DNA from: an uncultured Chloroflexia bacterium
GTDB lineage: Bacteria > Chloroflexota > Limnocylindria > QHBO01
Assembly: GCA_963773695.1 (NCBI GenBank)
Contig: CAVZCE010000001.1
Location: forward strand, 36,471-100,470
Direction: 5' to 3'
Length of the DNA stretch: 64,000 bases
Shown here one piece after another: positions 1-9,669 of the stretch; position 1 is the first letter of the stretch, and each line of letters opens with the position of its first letter. The notes beneath the pieces are model-generated. The model saw only the letters and a list, made by a program, of their open reading frames with translations. It was not told the origin of the DNA and made no database searches. The translations under genes and the position numbers were made by a program.

Positions 1-239
1 GCGCCCAGGATCTCCTGCCAGAGGTCGCCCCAGTTGAGCTTGAGGACGAAGACGAAGAGGAACACGAGCAGCGCCAGGCCGAAGACGATGGAGCCGATGG
101 TGCGGACGTTCAGGAACCGCCGCGAGAGGCTGACCTCCTGCTCGGGGATCTCCTCCGCCTCGGGGGCGGCCAGGTATTCCTCCGCCTCGTAGATCGGATG
201 GTGCGCGTGCTCCGTGTCGTCCGGCCGCTCTTCAGTCAT
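1..239 (-). CDS. Partial membrane protein, probably lysylphosphatidylglycerol synthase TM/flippase-like (runs off the window edge)
   Basis: ATG at 239 overlaps the PHP stop; translation MTEERPDD...SLSRRFLNVRTIGSIVFGLALLVFLFVFVLKLNWGDLWQEILGA contains a TM helix. Confidence 0.5.
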   Translation of the reverse strand, partial: MTEERPDDTEHAHHPIYEAEEYLAAPEAEEIPEQEVSLSRRFLNVRTIGSIVFGLALLVFLFVFVLKLNWGDLWQEILG

Positions 240-1116
240 CGTCGTTCCCCTCCCGGGCATTGGGATCCGGCAGCTCCGCGGCCGACGGCGCGCTCGGGGC
301 TGCCTCCTCCTCCGGCATCGGCTCGGTGGGGCCCAGCCGCGGTGACGCCGCGACGTCCTGTCCGAGCCAGCGTCGCACGATGTTGCTCCAGACCGCATAG
401 CGGGTCGTCAGGTGCACGAGAAGGCTAGAGCGACTTGCGTGCCATTCGTTCTGCGGCAGCACCGCCTTGAGCTGCGCGGCATCGGAGAACGGCGGCAGGA
501 CGTTCGTGCTCATGGCCACCTCGAAGGCGGCGTGGGAGTCGCTGCAGGCGATCCCGGGCAACGCGTAGCGCGCGGCGAACTCCGCCGCCTGCACGTTGTG
601 GCGCTGGAAGGTGACGCGGCTGTTGAAGACCTCCACGGCGTCGATCTTGCCCGCTTCCGCGAGGCGTGTCAGTGGTACTTCCCGGATGTGCGAACCGCGG
701 AACGGGTCGAACGGATGGGGGATGCTGACCAGCCCGCCCTGGGCGTGGATCTCGTCCGCGGTCTCCTCCGCGGACAGGCCGCGCGGGATCGTCCGCTGCA
801 GGAAGAGGCCCACCACCTCCCCGTCCGCGGTGCTCACCTCCTCGCCCAGGATGACGGTCAGCAGCCGGTCCAGGCCCAGCTCCCGCGCCCTGTCCCGGGT
901 GGAGATGGCGCCCTCGACGTTGTTGTGGTTCGTGACGGCGAGATGGGTGAGGCCGCGCTCGATGGCCGCCCGGATGAGCCGCTCCTCGGAGAGGATGGAG
1001 TCGCGGCTGAAGCGCATGTGGACGTGGAAGTCCGCGAAGGCGCGCTGGGGCCGGTCCCCTCCCGTCCGTTCCCGGACCTCCCCCTTCGCGGCGACGGCTG
1101 GCGTCGCAACGCTCAT
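232..1116 (-). CDS. PHP-domain phosphoesterase
   Basis: DFHVH, VTNHN, GEEVST, HPF and CSDSH metal-binding motifs. Confidence 0.85.
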   Translation of the reverse strand: MSVATPAVAAKGEVRERTGGDRPQRAFADFHVHMRFSRDSILSEERLIRAAIERGLTHLAVTNHNNVEGAISTRDRARELGLDRLLTVILGEEVSTADGEVVGLFLQRTIPRGLSAEETADEIHAQGGLVSIPHPFDPFRGSHIREVPLTRLAEAGKIDAVEVFNSRVTFQRHNVQAAEFAARYALPGIACSDSHAAFEVAMSTNVLPPFSDAAQLKAVLPQNEWHASRSSLLVHLTTRYAVWSNIVRRWLGQDVAASPRLGPTEPMPEEEAAPSAPSAAELPDPNAREGNDDD

Positions 1117-2108
1117 GAGCTCGAGACCAGGCTCTTCCTGTAGCTGGTGAAGTGCTCGAGCGCCATGCCGGTCCCGACGGCCACGGAGTTGAGCGCGTTC
1201 TCCGCCACGTGGCAGGGGATGCCCGTGACCTGGGTGAGGAGCGTGTCCAGGTTGCGGAGGAGGGATCCGCCACCGGACATCACCATCCCCTTGTCGATGA
1301 TGTCGCTGGAGAGCTCCGGCGGCGTCTGCTCCAGGACGTTGCGCACGGCGGTGACGATCTGCTGGATGGGCTGCTCGATGGCCTCCGTCACCTCGCCGGA
1401 GGTGATGGGGATGGTCCGCGGCAGGCCGGCGATCAGGTCGCGGCCCTTGACCTCCATCGACAGCGGCTCCTCCAGCGGGAGCGCCGAGCCGATGGCGATC
1501 TTCACCTCCTCCGCGGTGCGGTCGCCGATCATGAGGTTGTACTTGCGCCGGATGTAGTTGGCGATCGCCTCGTCGAAGCGGTTCCCGGCGACGCGCACGG
1601 AGTCGCTCACCACGATCCCGCCCAGGGCGATGACCGCGATCTCCGTGGTCCCGCCGCCGATGTCGATGATCATGTTGCCGCTTGGCCCCGAGATGGGGAC
1701 GTTGGCGCCGATGGCGGCCGCAAGGGGCTCCTCGATGAGGAACGCCTCCCGCGCCCCCGCCTTCAGCGCGGCGTCCCGGACGGCGCGCTTCTCCACGCTC
1801 GTCACGCCCGAGGGCACGCTGATCATCACGTCCGGCTTGAAGATGCGGACCCGCGCCACCTTGTTGAGGACGTAGCGCAGCATGGCCTCCGTGATGAGGT
1901 AGTCCGCGATCACCCCGTCGCGCATGGGACGGATGGCGCGGACGTTGCCCGGCGTGCGCCCGATCATCTCGCGCGCCTCCTCGCCGACGGCCACCAGCCG
2001 GTTGTCGTCCTCGCTGATGGCGACGACGGACGGCTCGTTGAGGACGACACCCCTGCCCTTGACGTAGACGAGGATGTTGGCGGTGCCGAGGTCGATACCG
2101 ATCTTCAT
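1113..2108 (-). CDS. mreB: Rod shape-determining protein MreB
   Basis: [35 protein letters not shown]. Confidence 0.97.
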   Translation of the reverse strand: MKIGIDLGTANILVYVKGRGVVLNEPSVVAISEDDNRLVAVGEEAREMIGRTPGNVRAIRPMRDGVIADYLITEAMLRYVLNKVARVRIFKPDVMISVPSGVTSVEKRAVRDAALKAGAREAFLIEEPLAAAIGANVPISGPSGNMIIDIGGGTTEIAVIALGGIVVSDSVRVAGNRFDEAIANYIRRKYNLMIGDRTAEEVKIAIGSALPLEEPLSMEVKGRDLIAGLPRTIPITSGEVTEAIEQPIQQIVTAVRNVLEQTPPELSSDIIDKGMVMSGGGSLLRNLDTLLTQVTGIPCHVAENALNSVAVGTGMALEHFTSYRKSLVSSS

Positions 2109-2156
2109 GGTCGGGTCTTCATGGTCGGGTCTTCATGGCGGATCTTCATGGTCGGG
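2102..2156. repeat. Four tandem ~14-bp copies (TCTTCATGGTCGGG) spanning the mreB start codon
   Basis: Units at 2102, 2116, 2130 (13-bp variant) and 2143. Confidence 0.9.
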
Positions 2157-2279
2157 CTGCAGCTGCCTGTCGTGTGCGGGGTTCGAATGCGCCAGTCCGC
2201 GGTCCGCCCTGGGTGGTGCGCCGCGACGCGCGGGGGCGTCCCGCAGTATACCGGCAGCGCCCCTACCATCGGCTACGAG

Positions 2280-3113
2280 ATGCCCGAGGGTGACACGATC
2301 TTCCGCACCGCCAGCGTGCTCCGACGCGCGCTGCTGGGTCGCGTCCTGACCGAGGCGGTGGCGCGGCCCGGACCGCTCGTCGCCCGCGTGCCCGATCTCT
2401 CGATCCTGGTCGGCTCGCGGGTGACGTCGGTGGAGGCCCGTGGCAAGCACCTGCTCATCTCCGCGGGGGAGGGACGGCATCGGCGCACCCTGCGCACCCA
2501 CCTGCGGATGACCGGCTCCTGGCACAGGTACCGGGCGGGCGAGGCGTGGCGGCTGCCGGAGCGGCGCGCGACCGTGATCCTGCGCACGGCCGAGACGGTG
2601 GCCGTCTGCTTCGCATGCCCCACCGTGGAGCTCCTGACCGATGCCGGCGTCGCGCGCTCCCGCGCGCTCCGTTCGCTGGGGCCCGACCTGCTCGCGCCCT
2701 CTGCGGACCTCGCCGCGGCGGTGGCGAATCTCGCCGCGCATCCGTCCGCTCCCATGGGCGAGGCGCTGCTCGACCAGCGGCTGGTGGCAGGCATCGGGAA
2801 CGTCGTGCGCAACGAGGCGCTCTTCGTGGAGCGGGTCTCGCCGTTCGCCACCGCCGCGGACCTCCCCGGGGAGGCGCTGCTGCGCCTGGTCAGCCGCGCA
2901 CGGGCGATCCTCGCGGCCAATACCGGAGGCGGGCGGCGGGTGACGACCGGCGACCGGCGCGTGACGACCGGCGACCGGCGTGCCGGCGCGGGCCTCTGGG
3001 TCTACGGCCGTGCGGGGCGGCCCTGCCGGCGATGCGGCACCCCGGTGCGCTCCGCGCGACAGGGCTCGCTGCGGCGGCTGACCTACTGGTGCCCGTCCTG
3101 CCAGCCCACGTAA
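2280..3113 (+). CDS. nei: Fpg/Nei family DNA glycosylase
   Basis: N-terminal MPEGD, RGKHL, HLRMTG, H2TH LLDQ..AGIGNV, C-terminal CxxC...CPSCQ zinc finger. Confidence 0.92.
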   Translation: MPEGDTIFRTASVLRRALLGRVLTEAVARPGPLVARVPDLSILVGSRVTSVEARGKHLLISAGEGRHRRTLRTHLRMTGSWHRYRAGEAWRLPERRATVILRTAETVAVCFACPTVELLTDAGVARSRALRSLGPDLLAPSADLAAAVANLAAHPSAPMGEALLDQRLVAGIGNVVRNEALFVERVSPFATAADLPGEALLRLVSRARAILAANTGGGRRVTTGDRRVTTGDRRAGAGLWVYGRAGRPCRRCGTPVRSARQGSLRRLTYWCPSCQPT

Positions 3114-3116
3114 CGC

Positions 3117-3147
3117 GGCGGTAATCGGGCGGTAATTGGGCGGTAAT
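3117..3147 (+). promoter_or_regulatory. Three GGCGGTAAT direct repeats with 11-bp period upstream of the HTH-nuclease gene (candidate operator)
   Basis: Copies at 3117, 3128 and 3139. Confidence 0.5.
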
Positions 3148-3169
3148 CGCCGCCGCGGACGATTGCCGC

Positions 3170-4009
3170 ATGGACGATCTCTCGCTGGGCCGCGCCGTGC
3201 GGGCGCTCAGGCGCCGCAGAGGATGGCGGCAGGAGGATGCGGCCGGGCGGGCTGGCGTGCATCGGTCCACCTGGTCGCTCCTCGAGCGCGGGCAGCTCGA
3301 CGCGATCACGCTCCCCACGCTTCGGCGCTGCCTGCAGGTCCTGGAGGTACGGCTGACCCTGGTTGCCCAGTGGCGCGGATCCGCGCTCGACCGGCTGCTG
3401 GACGAGGATCACAGCCGGCTGCAGGCGGCCTGGAAGCAGCGTCTCGAGGGCTGGGGCTGGGTGGTCGTGGCCGAGGTGAGCTTCAACAGGTACGGCGACC
3501 GGGGCCGGATCGATCTGCTCGCGTGGCACCCGCCGAGCCGGGTCCTGCTCGTGGTCGAGATCAAGACGCTCATCGCGGACGCGCAGGGGCTGCTGGGACC
3601 CATGGACGTGAAGACCCGGGTCGCGCCCGCCGTGGCCCGCCAGCGTGGCTGGGCTTCTTCCGCCGTGGTCCCGCTCCTGGTTCTCGCCGAGTCGTCCACG
3701 AACCGGCGCCACCTCGAATCGCGGGCGCCGCTGTTCAGCCACCTGTCCCTGCGCGGGCGCGGCGCGCTCGTCTGGCTGCGGCGACCGAGCGGCCCTGCGG
3801 CTGGTGGGACGACGAGCGAGCGTCGGCTTGGTGGGATGCTGAGCGGGCCTCCGGCTGGTGGGACGCCGAGCGAGAGGCCGCTCGGGCTGCCCAGCGGGCT
3901 CCTCGTCCTCTCCGACTTGTCACCCGCTGACCACCGCAGCGTTAAGCGAGTCGGGAGGCAGCGCGTCAGGCGTCCGCGGCCTCGTCCGAGCGTGGAATCG
4001 GCGGGGTAG
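3170..4009 (+). CDS. XRE-type HTH fused to a PD-(D/E)XK restriction-endonuclease-like domain
   Basis: N-terminal LRRRRGWRQEDAAGRAGVHRSTWSLLERG; C-terminal E..F...GRIDLLAWHP...LLVVEIKT (D...ExK). Confidence 0.8.
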   Translation: MDDLSLGRAVRALRRRRGWRQEDAAGRAGVHRSTWSLLERGQLDAITLPTLRRCLQVLEVRLTLVAQWRGSALDRLLDEDHSRLQAAWKQRLEGWGWVVVAEVSFNRYGDRGRIDLLAWHPPSRVLLVVEIKTLIADAQGLLGPMDVKTRVAPAVARQRGWASSAVVPLLVLAESSTNRRHLESRAPLFSHLSLRGRGALVWLRRPSGPAAGGTTSERRLGGMLSGPPAGGTPSERPLGLPSGLLVLSDLSPADHRSVKRVGRQRVRRPRPRPSVESAG

Positions 4010-4327
4010 GATCGCCCGGGCAGGCCCTGAGCCGCTTAGCGCTGATGTCATCCGCGCCTGACGAGTCGCGGGCGCCGCGCGGCTGGTGGGACGCCGAGCG
4101 AGCGTCGGCGTGGTGGGACGCCGAGCGAGAGGCCGCTCGGGCTGCCCAGCGGGCTCCTCGTCCTCTCCGACTTGTCACCCGCTGACCACCGCAGCGTTAA
4201 GCGGGTCGGGAGGCAGCGCGTCAGGCGTCCGCGGCCTCGTCCGAGCGTGGAATCGGCGGGGCGGGATCGCCCGGGCAGGCCCTGAGCCGCTTAACGCTGA
4301 TGTCATCCGCGCCTGACGAGTCGCGGG
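3856..4327 (+). repeat. 255-bp-period tandem duplication of the 3' end of the HTH-nuclease gene
   Basis: 3856-4072 is nearly identical to 4111-4327; the TAG stop is changed to CGG in the second copy. Confidence 0.9.
3914..4067 (+). repeat. Dispersed 154-bp inverted-repeat element, copy 1 (overlaps the gene 3' end)
   Basis: Arm A GACTTGTCACCCGCTGACCACCGCAGCGTTAAGCGAGTC; CCGAGCGTG at offset 72; arm B ...CCGCTTAGCGCTGATGTCATCCGCGCCTGACGAGTC. Confidence 0.9.
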
Positions 4328-4372
4328 CCCGTTCCGGGCTATAACGCGCACCACATCCGCGCCTGACGAGTC
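4169..4372 (+). repeat. Dispersed element copy 2 (core 4169-4322, extra arm ending 4372)
   Basis: Same arms as copy 1; extra CATCCGCGCCTGACGAGTC ends 50 bp after arm B. Confidence 0.9.
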
Positions 4373-4509
4373 GCGGGCGCCGCAGGGCTGGGGGCCAAGG
4401 CGGGACGGGGGAATGGCGCGGGGCGCCGGCGCGCCGCGTGGCGGGCGGCAGGGCGGGGGACGGATTGGCGCGGGGGCGCGGGGGCGCGGGGGCGCGGGGC
4501 GGACGACTC

Positions 4510-5775
4510 TCAGGCGTCGATGCGCTCGATGCGCGCGCCCAGCGCCACCAGCTTCGACTCGATCTGCTCGTAGCCGCGGTCCACGTGCTCCACGCCGGAG
4601 ATGACGCTGGTGGTCTCCGCGGCGAGGGCCGCCAGGACCACGGTGGCGCCGGCCCGCAGGTCGGAGATCTGGACCTCGCGTCCATGGAGCACGGTGGGAC
4701 CGGCGATCCGCGCGTGGCGCTCATCGGTCACCTCGACGACCGCGCCCATCTTGGTGAGCTCCGTGACGTAGTCGAGGCGATCCTCGTAGATCGTCTCGTG
4801 GATGGTGGAGATGCCCTCCGCCTGGGTCATCAGGACGGAGAGCGGCGCCTGGAGGTCGGTCGGGAATCCGGGGTACGGCTGCGTCTCCACGTCGGCGGCC
4901 CGGTACGCCGGGGCGGAGCGCACGCGGAGCCGGCCGCCATCGGTCTCGTAGGGCACGCCCATCCGGTCGAGCACCTCCAGGAACGCGCCCAGGTGCTCCG
5001 GCTCGATCCCCCGCATCGTCACGTCGCCCCCGGTGACGGCCGCCGCGATCGCGAACGTTCCCGCCTCGAGCCGGTCGCCGATCACGGTGTGCTCCACGCC
5101 GTGCAGCAGGTCGACCCCCACGATCTCCAGCCGATGCGGCGCGGTCCGCTCGATGCGGGCCCCCATGGCGCACAGCATGGCGATCAGGTCGTCCGTCTCC
5201 GGCTCCTGCGCCGCGTTCTCGATGACGGTGGTGCCATCGGCCAGGACCGCGGCCAGGAGGGCGTTCTCCGTGCCCATGACCGTCACGTACGGGAAGCTGA
5301 TCTGCGCGCCGTGCAGCCGTCCCTCGGGCGCCGAGGCGAAGTAGTAGCCGTTCTTGTACTCGACCTCCGCACCCATGGCGGTCATGGCCTCCACGTGGAG
5401 GTCCACCGGGCGTCGCCCGATACGGTCGCCGCCGGGGTTGGAGATGATCACGCGCCCGAAGCGGGTCAGCAGCGGTCCGAGCAGGATGAAGCTGGCGCGC
5501 ATCTTCATGGCCGCCTCGAGCGGGACGAAGAGCCACTCCGCGTCGCCGGCCCGGATGTCGAGCGTTTCCGGGTCGGTGGGGCGCACCTCGAAGCCGATAT
5601 CGCGCATCGTCTCGCGCAGGATCGCCACGTCGCTGATCCCCGGGACGTTGCGAAGGATGCTGGGCTCGCCGGTGAGCGTCGCAGCGGCCATGAGCTTGAG
5701 GACCGCGTTCTTGGCCCCCGCGATCCGCACCTCTCCCTCCAGCGGGTGACCGCCGGTGACGACGAACTTGTGCAT
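4510..5775 (-). CDS. murA: UDP-N-acetylglucosamine 1-carboxyvinyltransferase
   Basis: GAKNAVL, MRASF, PGGDRIGRRPVD, YPGFPTDLQ, SDLRAGA, DRGYE. Confidence 0.97.
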   Translation of the reverse strand: MHKFVVTGGHPLEGEVRIAGAKNAVLKLMAAATLTGEPSILRNVPGISDVAILRETMRDIGFEVRPTDPETLDIRAGDAEWLFVPLEAAMKMRASFILLGPLLTRFGRVIISNPGGDRIGRRPVDLHVEAMTAMGAEVEYKNGYYFASAPEGRLHGAQISFPYVTVMGTENALLAAVLADGTTVIENAAQEPETDDLIAMLCAMGARIERTAPHRLEIVGVDLLHGVEHTVIGDRLEAGTFAIAAAVTGGDVTMRGIEPEHLGAFLEVLDRMGVPYETDGGRLRVRSAPAYRAADVETQPYPGFPTDLQAPLSVLMTQAEGISTIHETIYEDRLDYVTELTKMGAVVEVTDERHARIAGPTVLHGREVQISDLRAGATVVLAALAAETTSVISGVEHVDRGYEQIESKLVALGARIERIDA

Positions 5776-5799
5776 CACCGCCAGTCTAGCCGCCGCCTC

Positions 5800-5890
5800 G
5801 TCCCGCGTGGCCGGGGCGCGGTCCCGCGTGGCCGGGGCGTGGGTCCCGCGTGGCCGGGGCGCGGTCCCGCGTGGCCGGGGCGCGGTCCCG
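5800..5890. repeat. ~21-bp tandem repeat GTCCCGCGTGGCCGGGGCGCG (about 4.5 copies) upstream of the murA promoter
   Basis: Visible tandem units. Confidence 0.9.
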
Positions 5891-5941
5891 CAGGACCCGA
5901 GCGTGGTCCGGTCGTGGCCGGGGCCCGTCCGGTCGCCGGCA

Positions 5942-6265
5942 CTACGGCCACGCCTCCTTCCACTCGTGTGGCCCGCCGTGGTGACCGTCGCACAGCCCCA
6001 CCCGTCCGCCCATGTGGCGCGAGGGAAGGTACGGCTGCATCCCCTCCTCGAACCGCGTCGGCTCGCGGTTGCACAGCATGTAGCGCCGCTCCCGCGCCCA
6101 CTGGTAGAGGTGGTCCGACGAGCAGAAGGCGTAGCGTTTCGTGAAGTTCACCGTCTCGCCGGGCGCCGGGTCGGACGCCAGGCCGATGGGGCCCGATTCG
6201 CGGACGATCTCGATCCGCACGGGAAGCTGCGGCATCCGCGCGCCGCAGAAGTCACAGGTCTGCAT
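5942..6265 (-). CDS. Small Cys/His-rich putative metal-binding protein (TRASH-like)
   Basis: CDFC...YAFCSSDH; TAGGAT -10-like hexamer 8 nt upstream of the ATG. Confidence 0.65.
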   Translation of the reverse strand: MQTCDFCGARMPQLPVRIEIVRESGPIGLASDPAPGETVNFTKRYAFCSSDHLYQWARERRYMLCNREPTRFEEGMQPYLPSRHMGGRVGLCDGHHGGPHEWKEAWP

Positions 6266-6290
6266 CGGGGCCGATCCTAGCGTTGCGCGC

Positions 6291-6413
6291 GTGATTCCGC
6301 CGGGGACTCACTGCGCGCGGATCGCGCCCGTCCCGCGCCGAGTGAGTCGCGGGCGTGCTGCCAGCCCGCGCACCACCCGGCATCCGCGCTGGGTGAGTCC
6401 CCCGACGAGTCAA
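6291..6413. repeat. ~123-bp intergenic imperfect palindrome (REP-like)
   Basis: Left arm GTGATTCCGCCGGGGACTCACTGCGCGCGGAT vs reverse complement of right arm TTGACTCGTCGGGGGACTCACCCAGCGCGGAT. Confidence 0.7.
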
Positions 6414-6441
6414 GAGAGGGCCCGGGAGCGCCGGCATCGGG

Positions 6442-6693
6442 CTAGCCGAGGTAATGGGCGCCGTCGTCCTCCCGGTGACCGGGGACGAAGTCCGGGTCCA
6501 GGTTGGGATCCGAACCGATGGGCGAGCCCTTGTGGGGCTTGAAGTCGACCGGGCAGATGAACGGGTAGTCGCGGCTGATCTTGCGCAGCTCCTGCATGCG
6601 GCGGAAGCCGTGGTCGGGGCTGCCCTGCGGACCGCGCAGGTGCGCGCGATTCGCGTCCTCGCCGGTCATCGGCGGCTGTTCGCGCTCGGGCAT
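6442..6693 (-). CDS. Hypothetical protein (83 aa)
   Basis: GC3-biased ORF with TACCAT -10 6 nt upstream of the ATG. Confidence 0.65.
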   Translation of the reverse strand: MPEREQPPMTGEDANRAHLRGPQGSPDHGFRRMQELRKISRDYPFICPVDFKPHKGSPIGSDPNLDPDFVPGHREDDGAHYLG

Positions 6694-6793
6694 GGACCGA
6701 TGGTAGCGGCTCCCCTTCCCTTCGTCTCCCTTCGGGCCAGCGCCGCTGGGGAGTGCCGCCCGCGCCGCAAGGGGAGTGCCACGCCCGCGCCGC

Positions 6794-6996
6794 GAGTCGT
6801 CAGGCGCTGCTGTGATCAGCGTTATGGTGCCGAAGCCCCTCCGAGTCGCCAGGCGCTGATGTGATCAGCGTTAAGCGGCTCGCGCGCGATTTCGGGCGGC
6901 GGCCAGCGGCCTTCCCACGCTCGGCGCGGCGTGCCCGGACGGCGGTTGGCTGGCTGGAGCCCGCCTAACGCTGCTGACATCCGCAGGTGACGAGTC
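6794..6996 (-). repeat. Dispersed element copy 3 (core 6843-6996, extra arm from 6794)
   Basis: Reverse-complement arms; CACGCTCGG ends at 6924 (offset 72). Confidence 0.88.
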
Positions 6997-7110
6997 GCGC
7001 GACGCCGAGGCGCGGACCGGACTGGCGGGCTGGGTGCGGCGCCGCGAAACCCGCGATTTCGCGACGTTCGGCACTCCGCGACGCGCACGGGCCATGCCCA
7101 TCATGCCGGC

Positions 7111-7620
7111 GTGGAGGCGGCGTACGACCCGGCGGCCTGGAGAGACCTGTACACGTTTGTCGGCGGGGCCGCGGCTGTTCTCACCGGGCTGATCTTCGTG
7201 GCGGTCTCGCTGCACCTGCGTCCGGTGGTCGCCGACCGGTGGCTCCGCGGACGCGCGGAGTCGTCGCTGCTGGCCCTGATGACGGTCGTGCTCATCTCTG
7301 GCGCCGTCCTGGTGCCCGGGCAGCCGGTGCCTGCGCTCGGCGTCGAGATCGGCGTGGTCGTCTTGGCCAGCCCGATCCACAGCATCCGCGGCCTGCGTCA
7401 CCTCCCGCGAACGAGGCGGGCGGGGCCGGCGACGGAGCTGACCGTGGGCTTGATCGGCAGTATCGTCGGCGTCCTTGCCGCAATCAGCCTGGTCGCGCAC
7501 TGGGGCGGCGGGCTCTGGCTGCTGCTGCCTGGCGGTGCCATTGCGCTCGCCTCATCGGTCTGGAACGCGTGGCGCCTGATGGTCGACGTCGCAGAGGAGC
7601 GTGGAGCTGCCCACCCATGA
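7111..7620 (+). CDS. Uncharacterised integral membrane protein (about 5 TM)
   Basis: W..LY...GGAAAVLTGLIFVAVS and S.WNAW.LM; hydrophobic helices. Confidence 0.75.
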   Translation: MEAAYDPAAWRDLYTFVGGAAAVLTGLIFVAVSLHLRPVVADRWLRGRAESSLLALMTVVLISGAVLVPGQPVPALGVEIGVVVLASPIHSIRGLRHLPRTRRAGPATELTVGLIGSIVGVLAAISLVAHWGGGLWLLLPGGAIALASSVWNAWRLMVDVAEERGAAHP

Positions 7621-7667
7621 CCGATGCCGTCGCCACCCCCGCCACGTGGAAGTATCCGGGAGCGGCG

Positions 7668-8078
7668 TCAGCCCCGGCTGCGGCGGCGGACGGCGATCCG
7701 CTCGCGCATGAGCGCGGTCTGCAGCGCGGCACGCACCCGCGCGATGTCCACCGGATCGCGCGCCTGCTCCAGCTCCGCCTCCGCGCGCTTGCGGGCCGCG
7801 ACGGCCAGCTGCTCGTCGATCTCGTCGGAATGCTCGGCGAGGTCCGCCATCACGACGACCTTGTCCGGCCGCACCTCCACGAAGCCGCCGGAGATGAAGA
7901 GGATCTGCTCCGTGCCGCCCTTCTTGATCCGCAGCTCCCCGGTCCCCAGGGCGCTGATGAGCTGGGTGTGGTGCGGCAGGATCCCCAGCTGCCCGTCGGC
8001 GCCGGGAACGACCACCATGTCGACGTCGTCGGCGTAGGCGCGCCGCTCAGGGCTCACGATCTCCAGGTGCAGCGGCAT
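7668..8078 (-). CDS. atpC: ATP synthase F1 epsilon subunit
   Basis: LEIVSPER, PGADGQLGILPHH, SGGFVEV. Confidence 0.95.
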   Translation of the reverse strand: MPLHLEIVSPERRAYADDVDMVVVPGADGQLGILPHHTQLISALGTGELRIKKGGTEQILFISGGFVEVRPDKVVVMADLAEHSDEIDEQLAVAARKRAEAELEQARDPVDIARVRAALQTALMRERIAVRRRSRG

Positions 8079-8236
8079 CAACCCACACCCTCAGGCAAGG
8101 ATGAGCCGATGGCGACCCGAGACGACAGGCTGCCGCGCGACGACGGTGCCGGCGCGGCGAGTCGCGCAGCCGAGCGAGCCGGCATCGCCGTCGTGCACGC
8201 CGGGCACTCTCCGGTCTGGCGCCACCATCGGTCCAT

Positions 8237-9647
<1,411 letters not shown>

Positions 9648-9669
9648 GAGTCTTCTCTCGTACTCCCTT

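Noticed and set aside
1152..2279. 653-aa ORF as a long Nei fusion
   Set aside because: The upstream part is antisense to mreB, and Nei requires an N-terminal MPEG (2280)
2940..2981. 21-bp in-frame duplication in nei (VTTGDRR twice)
   Set aside because: Real but probably neutral slippage in a loop
3914..4067. Classical IS element
   Set aside because: No DDE or HUH transposase in the window and no target-site duplication identified
8221..8233. GCCACCATCGGTC recurring at ~8221, ~17934 and ~63870
   Set aside because: Short and GC-rich, and one copy is inside a CDS; chance cannot be excluded
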